Numbered from the stretch's first letter, positions 11,405-21,469 are shown. The stretch: 64,000 nucleotides of DNA from Pirellulales bacterium (GCA_963733035.1 CAVTBU010000006.1:1003391-1067390); one strand, 5' to 3'. Notes: generated from the letters alone by a model not told the origin. Translations and numbers: made by a program.

Positions 11405-12271
11405 CAGAGTTCTCGACAGAAAAAGCGGGGAAGTAAGGCGGGTAATTGCGAACCAACGGGGGAGGTTTGTAAGCGAGTCAGGCTAACACATGCCCAAACG
11501 AGCGTCAAAGGGCCGTGCGGACGGAAGGATGCAGGCCGACGGATGAAGGAGGAATTGGCAGACAGTGAGCCCGCGCGGGCGTTCGTGGCGGCCAGCCGAC
11601 AAACAGGCTGGCGGCGTGGCCCGATTTGGAATTCGCAAAATTTCGCGTGGCCCGGTTTTCGAACGTCGCGCAGCACGCAACTTTTCATTCCTAAGGGAGC
11701 CCGAAAAACCGAACGATTCGCCTCCCCCATTTCGCGCATTTGCTCCTGTTTGACCACCAGCGCAATCTCCATGACCCGAGTTCAGAATGCCCCGAGGCTA
11801 GGCTAGTGAAAGTGGCGGCCCTATTTCAATGCGTGGCCGGAAAGGCGGGGGTAAATCGGGGCGCTTGGATGCGGAAGTGATTGGGTGTGGTCTGGCTGGG
11901 GAGGAACGGTGGAGGGACGCGAATGGTTGGCCAAGGCCGCGTTAACGTAGCAGGCTCACGCCATGAGCTGTCGCAGGAGTGGCAAGGGGTGTCGCGCGTC
12001 GGGCGGCGCTTACTTTCCTCTGGCATTCCTATCTTCATGGTTGCAATTCAGTTGTGGTCTTGCGCCGCCAAGGCTCGCTGTCGGCATTTCGTGACAGTTT
12101 ACGGTTTTCAGATTATGGGCATCGAGGGAGTGAAGCAGGTGCGGCTCTGCACCAGCAGCTCTCTTGTACCTGCGGCAGCCGGCACGTCTGCCGGTGCCGT
12201 CGGCCGACATGAAATGAGGCAACCGTTGTTTAGTTACGAAAAGAATCGTCTCAATAGAAGGTGGTGCAACT

Positions 12272-12655
12272 ATGCGAGGAATCAGGTTCGGAACGTTTGC
12301 CGCTTTCGCGACACTGCTGCTGGGAATGACGAACGAAGCCGCAGCCGCAAAAAAAGATGGCTGGTGGGTGAAGGTGATTAAGCAAAAGACCGAGGCAAAG
12401 GCAATCAAACTCGAAATCGGGTTGGGTGGCAACGACGCATCACACAAGCCGTGGACGACTTGGAAGAGTGCAGACGATGCCGAGTTCGATGTCCCGGACG
12501 AGTTCAAGAGCGTTGCGGAAATTTGGATCAAAGGCATTGCTGATCCGGAGGATCGAAACGTCGACATGGAGATCTACTACAAGGATCGGTGCACCCAGAA
12601 AATGGAATTCGATGCTGACGAAGAACATGAGATCAGTCAAGGGGACGAGTGTTAG
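12272..12655 (+). CDS. Small secreted hypothetical protein
   Basis: Sec-type signal (MRGIRFGTFAAFATLLLG...AAAA), protein-like acidic mature part, followed by a terminator. Confidence 0.75.
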   Translation: MRGIRFGTFAAFATLLLGMTNEAAAAKKDGWWVKVIKQKTEAKAIKLEIGLGGNDASHKPWTTWKSADDAEFDVPDEFKSVAEIWIKGIADPEDRNVDMEIYYKDRCTQKMEFDADEEHEISQGDEC

Positions 12656-12688
12656 CAACGTCGCCCGCGATGAGGTCACAGCGATCCT

Positions 12689-12720
12689 GGCACCGGCCCG
12701 AACGAGCCGGTGCCTTTTTT
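12689..12720 (+). terminator. Rho-independent terminator
   Basis: GGCACCGGC-8 nt loop-GCCGGTGCC followed by TTTTTT. Confidence 0.85.
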
Positions 12721-12801
12721 GCGCCACATCGAAGCCCGTCTTGCTCGACAGACAATCGACTGGACCACCTTTTGATTCTGTGTTCGTTGGAGCGGCCGAT
12801 C

Positions 12802-12983
12802 ATGTCTTTTACGGTTACGGCACGGGCGACAAGTCTGTCGGGGTAGCCCGCGGTTTTCGCGAAGGTTTTGTTCTTGGGGTCACCTGCCCGACTTGCCGGC
12901 AGGCATTTCAACTAACCTTGCCCCGGACGACTGACAAAAGGGGCAGCTTTGTGCAAACTGCGTGGTCAAGAACACAAAAATAG
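12802..12983 (+). pseudogene. Degenerate fragment of a zinc-ribbon N-terminal protein
   Basis: GGAG SD, MSFTVT start, then VTCPTCRQAFQL in another frame. The first CxxC is missing and the start frame stops early. Confidence 0.3.
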
Positions 12984-13060
12984 GCGCAAGAGCGATGCAG
13001 ATATGGCGATGTCGCACTTGACCAATTCCGTTTTTCGTCGCGACTCGCTAGATTGGTTGA

Positions 13061-14041
13061 ATGGAAACACTTGCTGATTATCTTCCTGGCGCGCTGCGCG
13101 ACCTCGTTGATCCGCAAACGGCCTTGCCTCGTATTGCCAAGGATCGCCAGCTGACGGCCCAAATCGAGGCCTCGATTCGCGAGATTCCGACCAGCCATGA
13201 TCTGCGGCTGGATGACGCTCGAACGTTCGACGTGGAGCCCGAAAGCGTTCACCTTGTGCTGACGTCGCCACCCTACTGGACGTTGAAGGAATATCGGGAC
13301 AGCGAGGGGCAGCTGGGACACGTCGAAGACTACGACGAGTTTTTGACGCAGCTAGACAAAGTTTGGAAACGCTGCTTCAAAGCACTTGTTCCGGGGGGGC
13401 GTCTGATTTGCGTCGTCGGAGATGTGTGCCTGTCCAGGCGAAAAAACAACGGTCGCCACACGGTGGTTCCGCTGCACGCATCCATTCAAGAGCGCTGCCG
13501 CAAGATCGGCTACGACAATTTGGCTCCGATCATCTGGCACAAGATCGCCAATGCCGTCTACGAGGTTGACGGCAATGGCGCCGGCTTTTTGGGCAAGCCC
13601 TACGAGCCGAATGCCGTCATCAAGAACGACATCGAGTTTATCTTGATGGAGCGCAAGCCGGGGGGCTATCGCACGCCCTCGGTGACCACGCGCGTGCTAA
13701 GTGTGATTCCAGAGGACAAACATCGCGAATGGTTCCAACAGATATGGCAGGGCCTCACGGGAGCTTCCACGAAGAATCACCCGGCCCCTTATCCTGTTGA
13801 GCTCGCCGAACGCCTGGTTCGGATGTTCAGCTTCGTGGGGGATACCGTGCTCGATCCATTCATGGGTACGGCATCAACCAACATTGCGGCGAGCCGCTGG
13901 GGGCGCAACAGCATCGGCATTGAAGTCGACCCCCAATACTACGATCGAGCGTGCAAGCGCATGCGCGAACAGACGGAAGGTCTGTTTGGATCCGCTACGA
14001 TCCAAAACGGGAAGCGTACCCGCTCGATAGTCGCGAGATGA
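13061..14041 (+). CDS. Site-specific DNA methyltransferase, beta class (probably N4-cytosine)
   Basis: Motif IV LVLTSPPY near the N-terminus; HPAPYP and motif I VLDPFMGTAST near the C-terminus. Confidence 0.93.
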   Translation: METLADYLPGALRDLVDPQTALPRIAKDRQLTAQIEASIREIPTSHDLRLDDARTFDVEPESVHLVLTSPPYWTLKEYRDSEGQLGHVEDYDEFLTQLDKVWKRCFKALVPGGRLICVVGDVCLSRRKNNGRHTVVPLHASIQERCRKIGYDNLAPIIWHKIANAVYEVDGNGAGFLGKPYEPNAVIKNDIEFILMERKPGGYRTPSVTTRVLSVIPEDKHREWFQQIWQGLTGASTKNHPAPYPVELAERLVRMFSFVGDTVLDPFMGTASTNIAASRWGRNSIGIEVDPQYYDRACKRMREQTEGLFGSATIQNGKRTRSIVAR

Positions 14042-14759
14042 ACGTGTCGTAGTGATCCGCGTCGCCTGGCTGTGGAGCGGGCGGGTCTGTCCAGAGGAAC
14101 GCAGGACCTTGGTTATCACAGTCGATGACTATGGTTGCGTAAGCGTCAAAGCCGACGCCGTCCGCTGCGTCGCGGATGGGCAAACCGCGCAGATGGTTGA
14201 CCATTCGCTCGGCCGCGCGCGGTTGCTTGTGCTGCGAGACGTGCAGCTCTTCGGCGTTCTTTTGTCGCAACGGTGACACGAACGTCTTGGCGATGTTCAC
14301 GACGGTTACGCCGGCTGCCAGTGCTTCGCGGTCCCCCTGATGGACAATCTCGTGAGACGAGCCGAGTTCATCGAAGACGCGCGGCTGCGACTTGCTGTGC
14401 TCGGTCATCACGGTTTTCGCTTCGCAGGCGATCAACACCCGCTCAATCTGTCCTGGAAAGATTGTGCGGGCGAACCTTGTTTTCTCCAGTATCAACTTCG
14501 TCGTGCCGATCGCCAGATCGAGTGTCTTCGTCTTGCCGTTCGGGAAGGTGTGCCGGGCATTGATGCCATAAACGATCCTATCGGCTAAGGCATCCCTGCT
14601 TAATGCGGGACAGGCTCGCAGCAGATCTTCCAGGATGAGCGTGCAAAGCGCGATGGAGTGGGCATCGCTACGGCTGTGGTAGTGATAGTCCCAACCGTAG
14701 TTTTTATCTTTGTGCTCGTGCTTGGTGAACCACGATGCAAGTTCTTGCGGTGCGCTCAT
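13995..14759 (-). CDS. Putative type II restriction endonuclease (PD-(D/E)XK-like)
   Basis: Convergent with the MTase; LDLAIG...IACEAK fits a D...ExK nuclease core; GGAG SD. Confidence 0.6.
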   Translation of the reverse strand: MSAPQELASWFTKHEHKDKNYGWDYHYHSRSDAHSIALCTLILEDLLRACPALSRDALADRIVYGINARHTFPNGKTKTLDLAIGTTKLILEKTRFARTIFPGQIERVLIACEAKTVMTEHSKSQPRVFDELGSSHEIVHQGDREALAAGVTVVNIAKTFVSPLRQKNAEELHVSQHKQPRAAERMVNHLRGLPIRDAADGVGFDAYATIVIDCDNQGPAFLWTDPPAPQPGDADHYDTFISRLSSGYASRFGS

Positions 14760-14797
14760 GCCTGGTACTCCTGCCTTCCATGGCCTGGAACGCCGGC

Positions 14798-14826
14798 ATC
14801 GTGCGGAAAATGGGGTGTTAAGTCAA
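14798..14826 (-). promoter_or_regulatory. Putative sigma70 promoter of the endonuclease gene
   Basis: Minus strand TTGACT-17 nt-CACGAT, about 40 nt upstream of ATG 14759. Confidence 0.4.
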
Positions 14827-15272
14827 GCGAGATCCTCCCGCGGGGTTGGCACGAGCAAGCTGTCGGTGTTGCGAAGCAACAAAATGGAAGAGCGGTCGAA
14901 CCAGATCGAGTCGGCCTCTTGTGGCTGCGGCACGTGGGGCACAAAGTTGTCCGGGCCAACCGCTCTCGATGGCGTCTAGATTCGCCGCGTATTTAGGGCT
15001 GTTGTTCGAGACTTCACGCTCTCGCTGCTTTGTTTGCCAGAAACTCATATTTACTGTCCGAGCAAAATCAGGAATCATGCTCGCGGCGGGTGCCGTATTG
15101 CATGGCCATCTGTGGTAGACGTTGAGTCGCTCATTATCTAGGACACTAACTCATACCATTGATACTCATGAGCAGGATGCTTATCGGAACCGTACGCGGG
15201 CCGGACACTCTTACACTTGCCTCGCGCGGTTACGAAACGTTCGTAGGCCCGCGATATTTGTTCCCTGGTCTT

Positions 15273-16361
15273 ATGAAGTTCGTTGTATGTCTTTGGTGCA
15301 CGGCACCGGCAGCGGCGCTGACCATTACGTCCAATGATTTCGAGGCCTTTTCCACGGCGGTCAGCAGCGCGGCTCCGGGAAGCACGATTGATTTCGATCT
15401 CGGCGCAAGCTCAACCATTCAGTTTACGCATCCGGTGTCCCTGCAATCGGACATCACGATTCATGGCAACAACACCGTGATTTTCGACGGCGGCGACGCG
15501 ACGGGAATGTTCTCCCTGGGGAGCGGAGTCACCGCCAATTTCTCCGGTCTTAGGTTTCAACACGGCTTATACCCAGCGATTTATAGCAGTTATGGACTCG
15601 CCAACGTCGCCAATTGCTCGTTCTTCTACAACAACGGGGGCGCGATTCTCGGCAATGTACAGATTACGGGCAGCACATTCGCGTTTAATCAGGCCCGGTT
15701 CGGCGGAGCGGTGTGCGCCGATGGAATCCATGGCAAAGTCATTGTGGATAACTCGACCTTTTTCGGCAACTCGGCATACATTGGAGGTGCGATCGATGGC
15801 AACACGAGGACCCTCGTGCTTCGCAACAGCACTGTGTTTGGGAATGTCGCCAGTCTCGGTGGCGGGGTAGCGTGGGAAGGTCGAGGCGGCTACTGCTTGA
15901 TCGAAAGCTCGATCCTCGCAGGCAATGTTAAAACGTATTTTTCGACTGAATCCCATGATTTGTATATTGTCCCCGGTTCCATCCTGATCGATCACAGCCT
16001 CGTCGGAACGGGCTTGCTAATCGGCCTGCACGATGGGGTTAACAATGGGGTGTATGCAAATGTCGTGGGCGACGGCGTTCATGTCGCTGGAGTCGCGATC
16101 GATGACCTTCTCGGTGACTTGCGCGACAATGGAGGTCCTACGATGACGATGGCACTCCTGGGTTCGAACAACCCAGCACTAGGTGCCGGCAGCAATCCGC
16201 TTGGTGTAGCTTACGACCAGCGCGGTGCCCCTTATTCCCGGGTAAACGGTCTCGGCGTGGACATCGGAGCCTTTGAGCTGCAAGTCCCCGAGCCTGCGAC
16301 ATGCCTACTTGCGCTCATCGGGTTCACGGCCGTCACTCTGACTGGTTGGCGGAAGAGATGA
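15273..16361 (+). CDS. Beta-helix (polymorphic-repeat) protein with choice-of-anchor Q-like region and PEP-CTERM tail
   Basis: GGAI/FxxNxA repeats, LRDNGGPTMTMAL, DQRG..R, DIGAFE, VPEPATCLLALIG...WRKR. Confidence 0.85.
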   Translation: MKFVVCLWCTAPAAALTITSNDFEAFSTAVSSAAPGSTIDFDLGASSTIQFTHPVSLQSDITIHGNNTVIFDGGDATGMFSLGSGVTANFSGLRFQHGLYPAIYSSYGLANVANCSFFYNNGGAILGNVQITGSTFAFNQARFGGAVCADGIHGKVIVDNSTFFGNSAYIGGAIDGNTRTLVLRNSTVFGNVASLGGGVAWEGRGGYCLIESSILAGNVKTYFSTESHDLYIVPGSILIDHSLVGTGLLIGLHDGVNNGVYANVVGDGVHVAGVAIDDLLGDLRDNGGPTMTMALLGSNNPALGAGSNPLGVAYDQRGAPYSRVNGLGVDIGAFELQVPEPATCLLALIGFTAVTLTGWRKR

Positions 16362-16562
16362 ATCGCCGCGCGATCGCTTAACTTCCGAATTCAGGTGACG
16401 CCAGCAATTGTCGGCTTTGCGCAACAAAAAGAGGTGCGATGTCGGGACCAAGTTCGTCACTGCGTATGGCAGTCTTTCATCTCTCCTCGATCCAGGCCGC
16501 ATGGAGGTCCACTCGTGACGGCCGAATCAGATTTGGTATTTGCGCGGGTGCTTTCCGGCGAA

Positions 16563-17267
16563 TCATTCCGGTGTGACGGGCACGCTGGTGACGATTCCGG
16601 TGGCCAAATCGTAGACTCCTCCTGCCACTTTGAGCCGGCCCTCTTCGATGAGGGCGGCGATTACGGGGGAAGCCTCGGCAATGGTCATGGCCTGATTGAT
16701 AACGTTCTCGCGGACGGCGCGGTCTAAATCATTGGCTGATGCTTTGACCGCGGGGCGCAGGTATTGAAACAGCGAACTGATCTGGCCCGGTACGAGCTCG
16801 CGCTTCATGGCTGCGGTGACCGCTCCACAGGAAGTATGCCCTAGAACGTAAATGATTTTCGCCCCGAGGATGTGCGTCGCGAATTCCAAACTGCCGATGA
16901 TTTCCGGGGTCGCAACGTTACCGGCAATGCGCGTGACGAACAAATCACCGAAGCCTTGATCGAATACGATTTCGACCGGGACGCGCGAGTCGGCACAACC
17001 TAGGACGACTGCAAACGGGGATTGTAGCGCAGCGACTTCTTGCAGTCGCTGCATATTTCGATGCGCCGCCAGGGTCTCACCGCGGACGAAACGCTCGTTT
17101 CCTTCAGACAGTGCGAGCAAGACTTCATCGGGCGTTTCCGGTCGCCGGCCAACGCGCTGGTTTTCTCCGGTCGCCTTGATGGCCGGGATGGGTGATGTCA
17201 TCGGGCTTGCGGATTGGAGAATCTCCCCAGGCGAAACAGCTAGGCCGCGGTGGTCACTCACTTCCAT
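16563..17267 (-). CDS. Beta-class carbonic anhydrase
   Basis: GNERF, LGCADSRVP, GDLFVTRIAGN, LGHTSCGAV, GVYDLATG. Confidence 0.95.
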   Translation of the reverse strand: MEVSDHRGLAVSPGEILQSASPMTSPIPAIKATGENQRVGRRPETPDEVLLALSEGNERFVRGETLAAHRNMQRLQEVAALQSPFAVVLGCADSRVPVEIVFDQGFGDLFVTRIAGNVATPEIIGSLEFATHILGAKIIYVLGHTSCGAVTAAMKRELVPGQISSLFQYLRPAVKASANDLDRAVRENVINQAMTIAEASPVIAALIEEGRLKVAGGVYDLATGIVTSVPVTPE

Positions 17268-17315
17268 GGCTTCTTTACCTTCGATTCTGATTTAACGAGG
17301 TCGTCCGTGGCGCAG

Positions 17316-17525
17316 TTATTCCGAGCTCGACGGGCCAGCTCGCTTCGGGCGCGGCACCATCGAGTTTTCGGACTCCGAGAAGCCCTGTCGCGTCATCGCT
17401 TCGTGTCGACGGGAAGGTGACAATGCGCCCCGCAACAGCCAGAGGCAGGGTCGCGGCGCTAGAGCCGCCTCGACGGCCAGCGGGAGGGCAATCATGCCCA
17501 CGACGTAAAGTAAGCTTTGCAGCAT
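17316..17525 (-). CDS. Small hypothetical protein with hydrophobic N-terminus
   Basis: AAGGA SD before ATG; co-oriented and directly upstream of the carbonic anhydrase. Confidence 0.4.
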   Translation of the reverse strand: MLQSLLYVVGMIALPLAVEAALAPRPCLWLLRGALSPSRRHEAMTRQGFSESENSMVPRPKRAGPSSSE

Positions 17526-17774
17526 GCGGTTTTTCCTTGAAATGGTTCCCTGGACCCTGCAGGGAGCGGACGGTTTTTCAGGTTCGGCCTGGGCGAGGCT
17601 GAAGTCGGGTTTGCCATCGAAATCTGAAAGTCTTTAGGGGTATTTAGCCGGACTGCCTGCCGGCAGTAAGCAAACGTTCCAAGTACCTCGAGTCAGCGAG
17701 GTCATGGTTGAGCCTCGGTGCTTGCGAATCTTATCGGCCCCACAACCATCAGAGCCAATAGATAGTTGGCCTTC

Positions 17775-17799
17775 GATCCATCGAAAAAACCGATGGATC
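17775..17799. promoter_or_regulatory. LysR-type recognition site (T-N11-A)
   Basis: Perfect inverted repeat GATCCATCG-AAAAAAC-CGATGGATC (ATCG-N7-CGAT core) in the divergent intergenic region. Confidence 0.7.
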
Positions 17800-17895
17800 A
17801 GCTGGATCGCCGGCGCCCGGGCAGGGGGCATCCGCGGTGGTAGCGGGTCGGTGGTCCGGCGCTTGAGATGCACCGCGAAAAAGCGGCCTCGATCG

Positions 17896-17910
17896 ATAGC
17901 TGCTACCTAT
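17896..17910. promoter_or_regulatory. Second LysR-type box
   Basis: ATAG-N7-CTAT within an AT-rich patch upstream of the nhaR-like gene. Confidence 0.45.
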
Positions 17911-18068
17911 GTAAACTGCTATATATATCGACTGTTGTTATAGGACCTTGTCGCGATGCCGGTCGCCAGGCTCGGTTCCAACGGCCGCGGTCGGAGGCGC
18001 ACTGCGCCGCAACCGACAATCCACCGGCGAGCGGTACGAGACCTGACGAATGCCCCGAGGAGGATCGC

Positions 18069-18971
18069 GTGGACTGGTTGAACTATCATCACCTGTTCTA
18101 TTTTTGGCAGGTGGCGCGCGACGGAAGTGTCGTCCGAGCCGCACGTACATTGCATCTCTCCCAGCCCACGGTTTCGGCCCAGGTGCGCGCCCTGGAACGC
18201 GCGCTGGGGCAGAAATTATTCCAGAAGCAGGGGCGGTATCTGGTGCTGACCGAGGTAGGTCGGCAAGTTCAGCGCTACGCCGAGGAAATCTTCGCCCTGG
18301 GACGCGAGCTGACGGAAGTCGTTGGCCGCGACCAGCCGACCGCGGCGACACGCTTCGCCGTTGGTATCTCGGATGCGCTTCCGAAGATGACCACCTACAA
18401 GCTGCTCGAACCGGCCCTGGCCCTTGAGCCGCGGCCTCGGGTGGTGATGAAGATTGACAAGACCGAGCGCCTGCTGACGCAGTTAGCCGAACACAGCCTG
18501 GACCTGGTGTTGGCCGACGATCGCGTCCGCTCGGATATGAGCATTCGTGCCTTTACGCATCTGTTAGGCGAAAGCGGCGTCAGCATTTTCGCGACGCGCC
18601 AACTGGCTCGACAATATCGGCGCAAGTTTCCGCAGTCGTTGCATGGGGCGCCCTTACTAGTGCAGACGACCAACACTTCCCTCCGGCGGACGATCGATCA
18701 ATGGTTCTACGAACGTAATCTGGCGCCACAAATTGTCGGCGAAGTTGAGGATATGGCGATGCTTCAGGTTCTCGGACAGCAGGGCATGGGGCTGTTCGCC
18801 GCGCCCTCGGTGGTGGAAAAGGTAATCTGCAAGCAGCACGACGTATGTGTATTGGGACAACTGGCTGAGGCCAGGGAACGTTTCTATGCCATTTCCGTCG
18901 AGCGACGACTCCGACATCCAGCGGTTGTCGCCATGTCACAGGCGGCACGCAAAAATCTATTTGTTGCCTAG
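18069..18971 (+). CDS. nhaR: LysR family transcriptional activator, NhaR-like
   Basis: WLNYHHLFYFWQVA, LHLSQPTVSAQ, VGISDALPK, HLLGESG, FYAISVERRLRHPAV; GAGGAGG SD before GTG. Confidence 0.88.
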   Translation: MDWLNYHHLFYFWQVARDGSVVRAARTLHLSQPTVSAQVRALERALGQKLFQKQGRYLVLTEVGRQVQRYAEEIFALGRELTEVVGRDQPTAATRFAVGISDALPKMTTYKLLEPALALEPRPRVVMKIDKTERLLTQLAEHSLDLVLADDRVRSDMSIRAFTHLLGESGVSIFATRQLARQYRRKFPQSLHGAPLLVQTTNTSLRRTIDQWFYERNLAPQIVGEVEDMAMLQVLGQQGMGLFAAPSVVEKVICKQHDVCVLGQLAEARERFYAISVERRLRHPAVVAMSQAARKNLFVA

Positions 18972-19448
18972 TCCTGCGGTCGGAGCCTGACTTTACCTTC
19001 GAACCGCGTCAACCGTTGATTGCAACCTTGGGCAGAATCTTGCAAATCCACGCGCGGTATGCTAGTTTTCTTGGGCCTGGTATGCCGCTTGTCTGACCGG
19101 GGCGTGTCAAAAGGCTCGTCCGCCCAGAACGACAATCGCCTCGAAGCTGCTCTTGTGCGAGAAATGCTTGTGGGTCAACCGGCGGTCGCCGGAGTCCAAT
19201 CGCCAGCGACGGTAATCCTGACTCGCCGCACGTTTTGAATGCTTGCGCGGGACAGACTCGATGAACCGTCTCTTCAATGACCAGGCGGCGCCCGCTCCAT
19301 TCGCTTATTCCCAGGAACGCGCTGTTAAGGGCGTGAGATGTTCCTGCCCGGCTCGGCTGGATCGCAACGGCGCCGAACGGCTTGATTTCGCACTTTGTTT
19401 CAAAACCGCGTCTGCCGTATTTGCCATATTCCATCGAGAGATTTTGTC

Positions 19449-20615
19449 ATGAACCAACATCTGGAGATACCGCGAGCAATGAGATACCTCGTGGGAAGCT
19501 GCCTCGTGATCGCGTGTTTATCCTCGAAGGTGGCCGGCGCGGCGGTCATCGTGACAAACCTGGTGACCGACGATCAGGCCGCGAACCCGGCCGCGACCAC
19601 GGATCCCAATTTGGTCAATGCCTGGGGCACTTCGTATGCGCCCACGGGTCCGTTTTGGGTTTCCAACAATGGCACCGGCACGTCGACGCTGTATAACGTG
19701 AATCCCGCGACCAATGTTCCCACGACACTGGGCCTGGTGGTGTCTGTGCCGGGGGGTGGAAGCGTCACCGGTCAGGCATATAACAACTCGTCGGCGGCCT
19801 TTAACGGCGACCAATTCCTGTTCGTCAATGAGGACGGTACGATCTCCGGTTGGCGCGGCGCGCTCGGTACGAATGCCGAAATACTTCAGACTGGTCTCGC
19901 GGCGAATGTCTACAAGGGAGCGTCGCAAGCGACCGTTGCCGGCAATGCGTATCTTTACTCGGCAAACTTTCGTGCCGGCACCGTTGACGTGCTCAAAGGG
20001 ACTGCCCTTGCTCCCGATTTGGCTGGCAACTTCACGGACCCCAACCTGCCCGCCGGCTACGCGCCGTTTAACATCGAAAACCTCGGCGGCACTCTGTACG
20101 TCGCCTACGCGCTGCAGGATTCCACGCAGACGGATGAAGTCGCGGGCGCTGGCCTGGGCATTGTCGATGCGTTCGACACCAACGGCGTTCTACTCGGTCG
20201 TATCGCCAGCGGCGGACCGCTGAATGCTCCCTGGGGCATGTGCATCGCGCCCGATGGCTTTGCCGGCGTCGGCGGCGACCTGCTGGTAGGCAATTTCGGC
20301 GACGGCACGATTAACGCGTTCAATTTGAGCACCCACGCGTACGACGGACCGCTCACCGATGCGTCGAACCAGCCGATTTCGATTGATGGCCTCTGGAGTT
20401 TGCGAGTCGGTAACGATACCGCGGCCGGAGCGTCGGGGGCGGTCTATTTTACCGCGGGCCCCGGCGATGAGTCGCACGGCTTGTTTGGCGTGTTGACCTC
20501 TGTGCCTGAGCCGTCGACCTGGACTTTGGCTGGCTCGGCCGCGGTCCTCTGGGCGATGGTTTTTGCAAGCGGACGGCTGCGAGCCTCCATCGGCGCAAGC
20601 GTCTGTAGGCGGTGA
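19449..20615 (+). CDS. TIGR03118-family PEP-CTERM protein
   Basis: DPNLVNAWG, PFWVSNNGTG, EDGTISGW, GYAPFNI, LNAPWG, LLVGNFGDG, YFTAGP..ESHGLFG, VPEP. Confidence 0.92.
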   Translation: MNQHLEIPRAMRYLVGSCLVIACLSSKVAGAAVIVTNLVTDDQAANPAATTDPNLVNAWGTSYAPTGPFWVSNNGTGTSTLYNVNPATNVPTTLGLVVSVPGGGSVTGQAYNNSSAAFNGDQFLFVNEDGTISGWRGALGTNAEILQTGLAANVYKGASQATVAGNAYLYSANFRAGTVDVLKGTALAPDLAGNFTDPNLPAGYAPFNIENLGGTLYVAYALQDSTQTDEVAGAGLGIVDAFDTNGVLLGRIASGGPLNAPWGMCIAPDGFAGVGGDLLVGNFGDGTINAFNLSTHAYDGPLTDASNQPISIDGLWSLRVGNDTAAGASGAVYFTAGPGDESHGLFGVLTSVPEPSTWTLAGSAAVLWAMVFASGRLRASIGASVCRR

Positions 20616-20652
20616 GGCGGCGGGCGACACGTACTCGTACCCCGTTCGAGAT

Positions 20653-21238
20653 TCAACCAGACTCGCTCTCTGATCGGGCGATGATGTCTGCGATGATTGC
20701 GGTCTTGGCGTCGGCGTAGTTCTGCACGTATTTCCAATGCCGCGCGGCCAGCTCGCGCTTGGCGGCGCTGTATCGCTCGCGGTCGGATGGATTTGCGCAG
20801 ACGGTCGCGAAATTGCAGCAGGCGGGCGACTTCCGGACAACCGGCGGTGAACACGTGCAGATTGATGTCGGTGTCCGGCCCTTTGAGCATGCGGTGTTCC
20901 CACCAGTTGGGCTCCCGAATCCGCAGCACGTAGCCATGCGATTCGAGCGGCGGGAGATACGCCGACTCGGCGGCCGAGTCGGCCACCTCCAAGACGATGT
21001 CGATGATGGGCTTGGCGGCCAGGCCGGGCACGGCCGTCGAGCCGACATGCTCGATCCGGAGGGCGGCGGCGCCGAGCGCGCGGCGAATGCGGTCTGCCTC
21101 GCGGGCAAACCGCTCGGGCCAAGACGCGTCGTACTGGTGCAAGCGAATGGGCGCATCGTGGGGCGCGACGGCGCCAACCGTGGCGGCTTGGATCTCCGCC
21201 TCACTCAGAGGCGTGTGGCTTGGGCCATTGTCTTCCAT
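20653..21238 (-). CDS. GrpB/UPF0157 family protein (frameshift ~20790)
   Basis: IEHVGSTAVPGLAAKPIIDI, NLHVF, FRDRLR; YSAAKRELA...YADAKT in the second frame. Confidence 0.88.
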
Positions 21239-21469
21239 CGGTGACGCCTGGCTGGTCTGGGGGCAACAAGCGGCTGGTGGATTTTACATCGACGCGGCCG
21301 ACGTGGGCAATGAACTCGTCGTTGTTGTGCACGGGCGACAACGAGTTGTCGTGGCCAGCTGGCGGGCTGGTGGTTTACAAGGGGCAGGCCAAGTCGATAC
21401 TGTGTGTGTTGCCTGCGAACGATGCCTCTCGCAGTGGATGGAGTCTTTCAGGATCGCGGAGCAAAGAGC

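Noticed and set aside
11404..12272. Long intergenic gap as an ncRNA or mobile element
   Set aside because: No recognisable RNA motif, terminal repeats or transposase fragment by eye; an Rfam search would be needed to exclude an RNA.
14756..15078. Small ORFs upstream of the endonuclease as a C (controller) protein
   Set aside because: No HTH-like sequence; the region instead contains a plausible promoter and SD.
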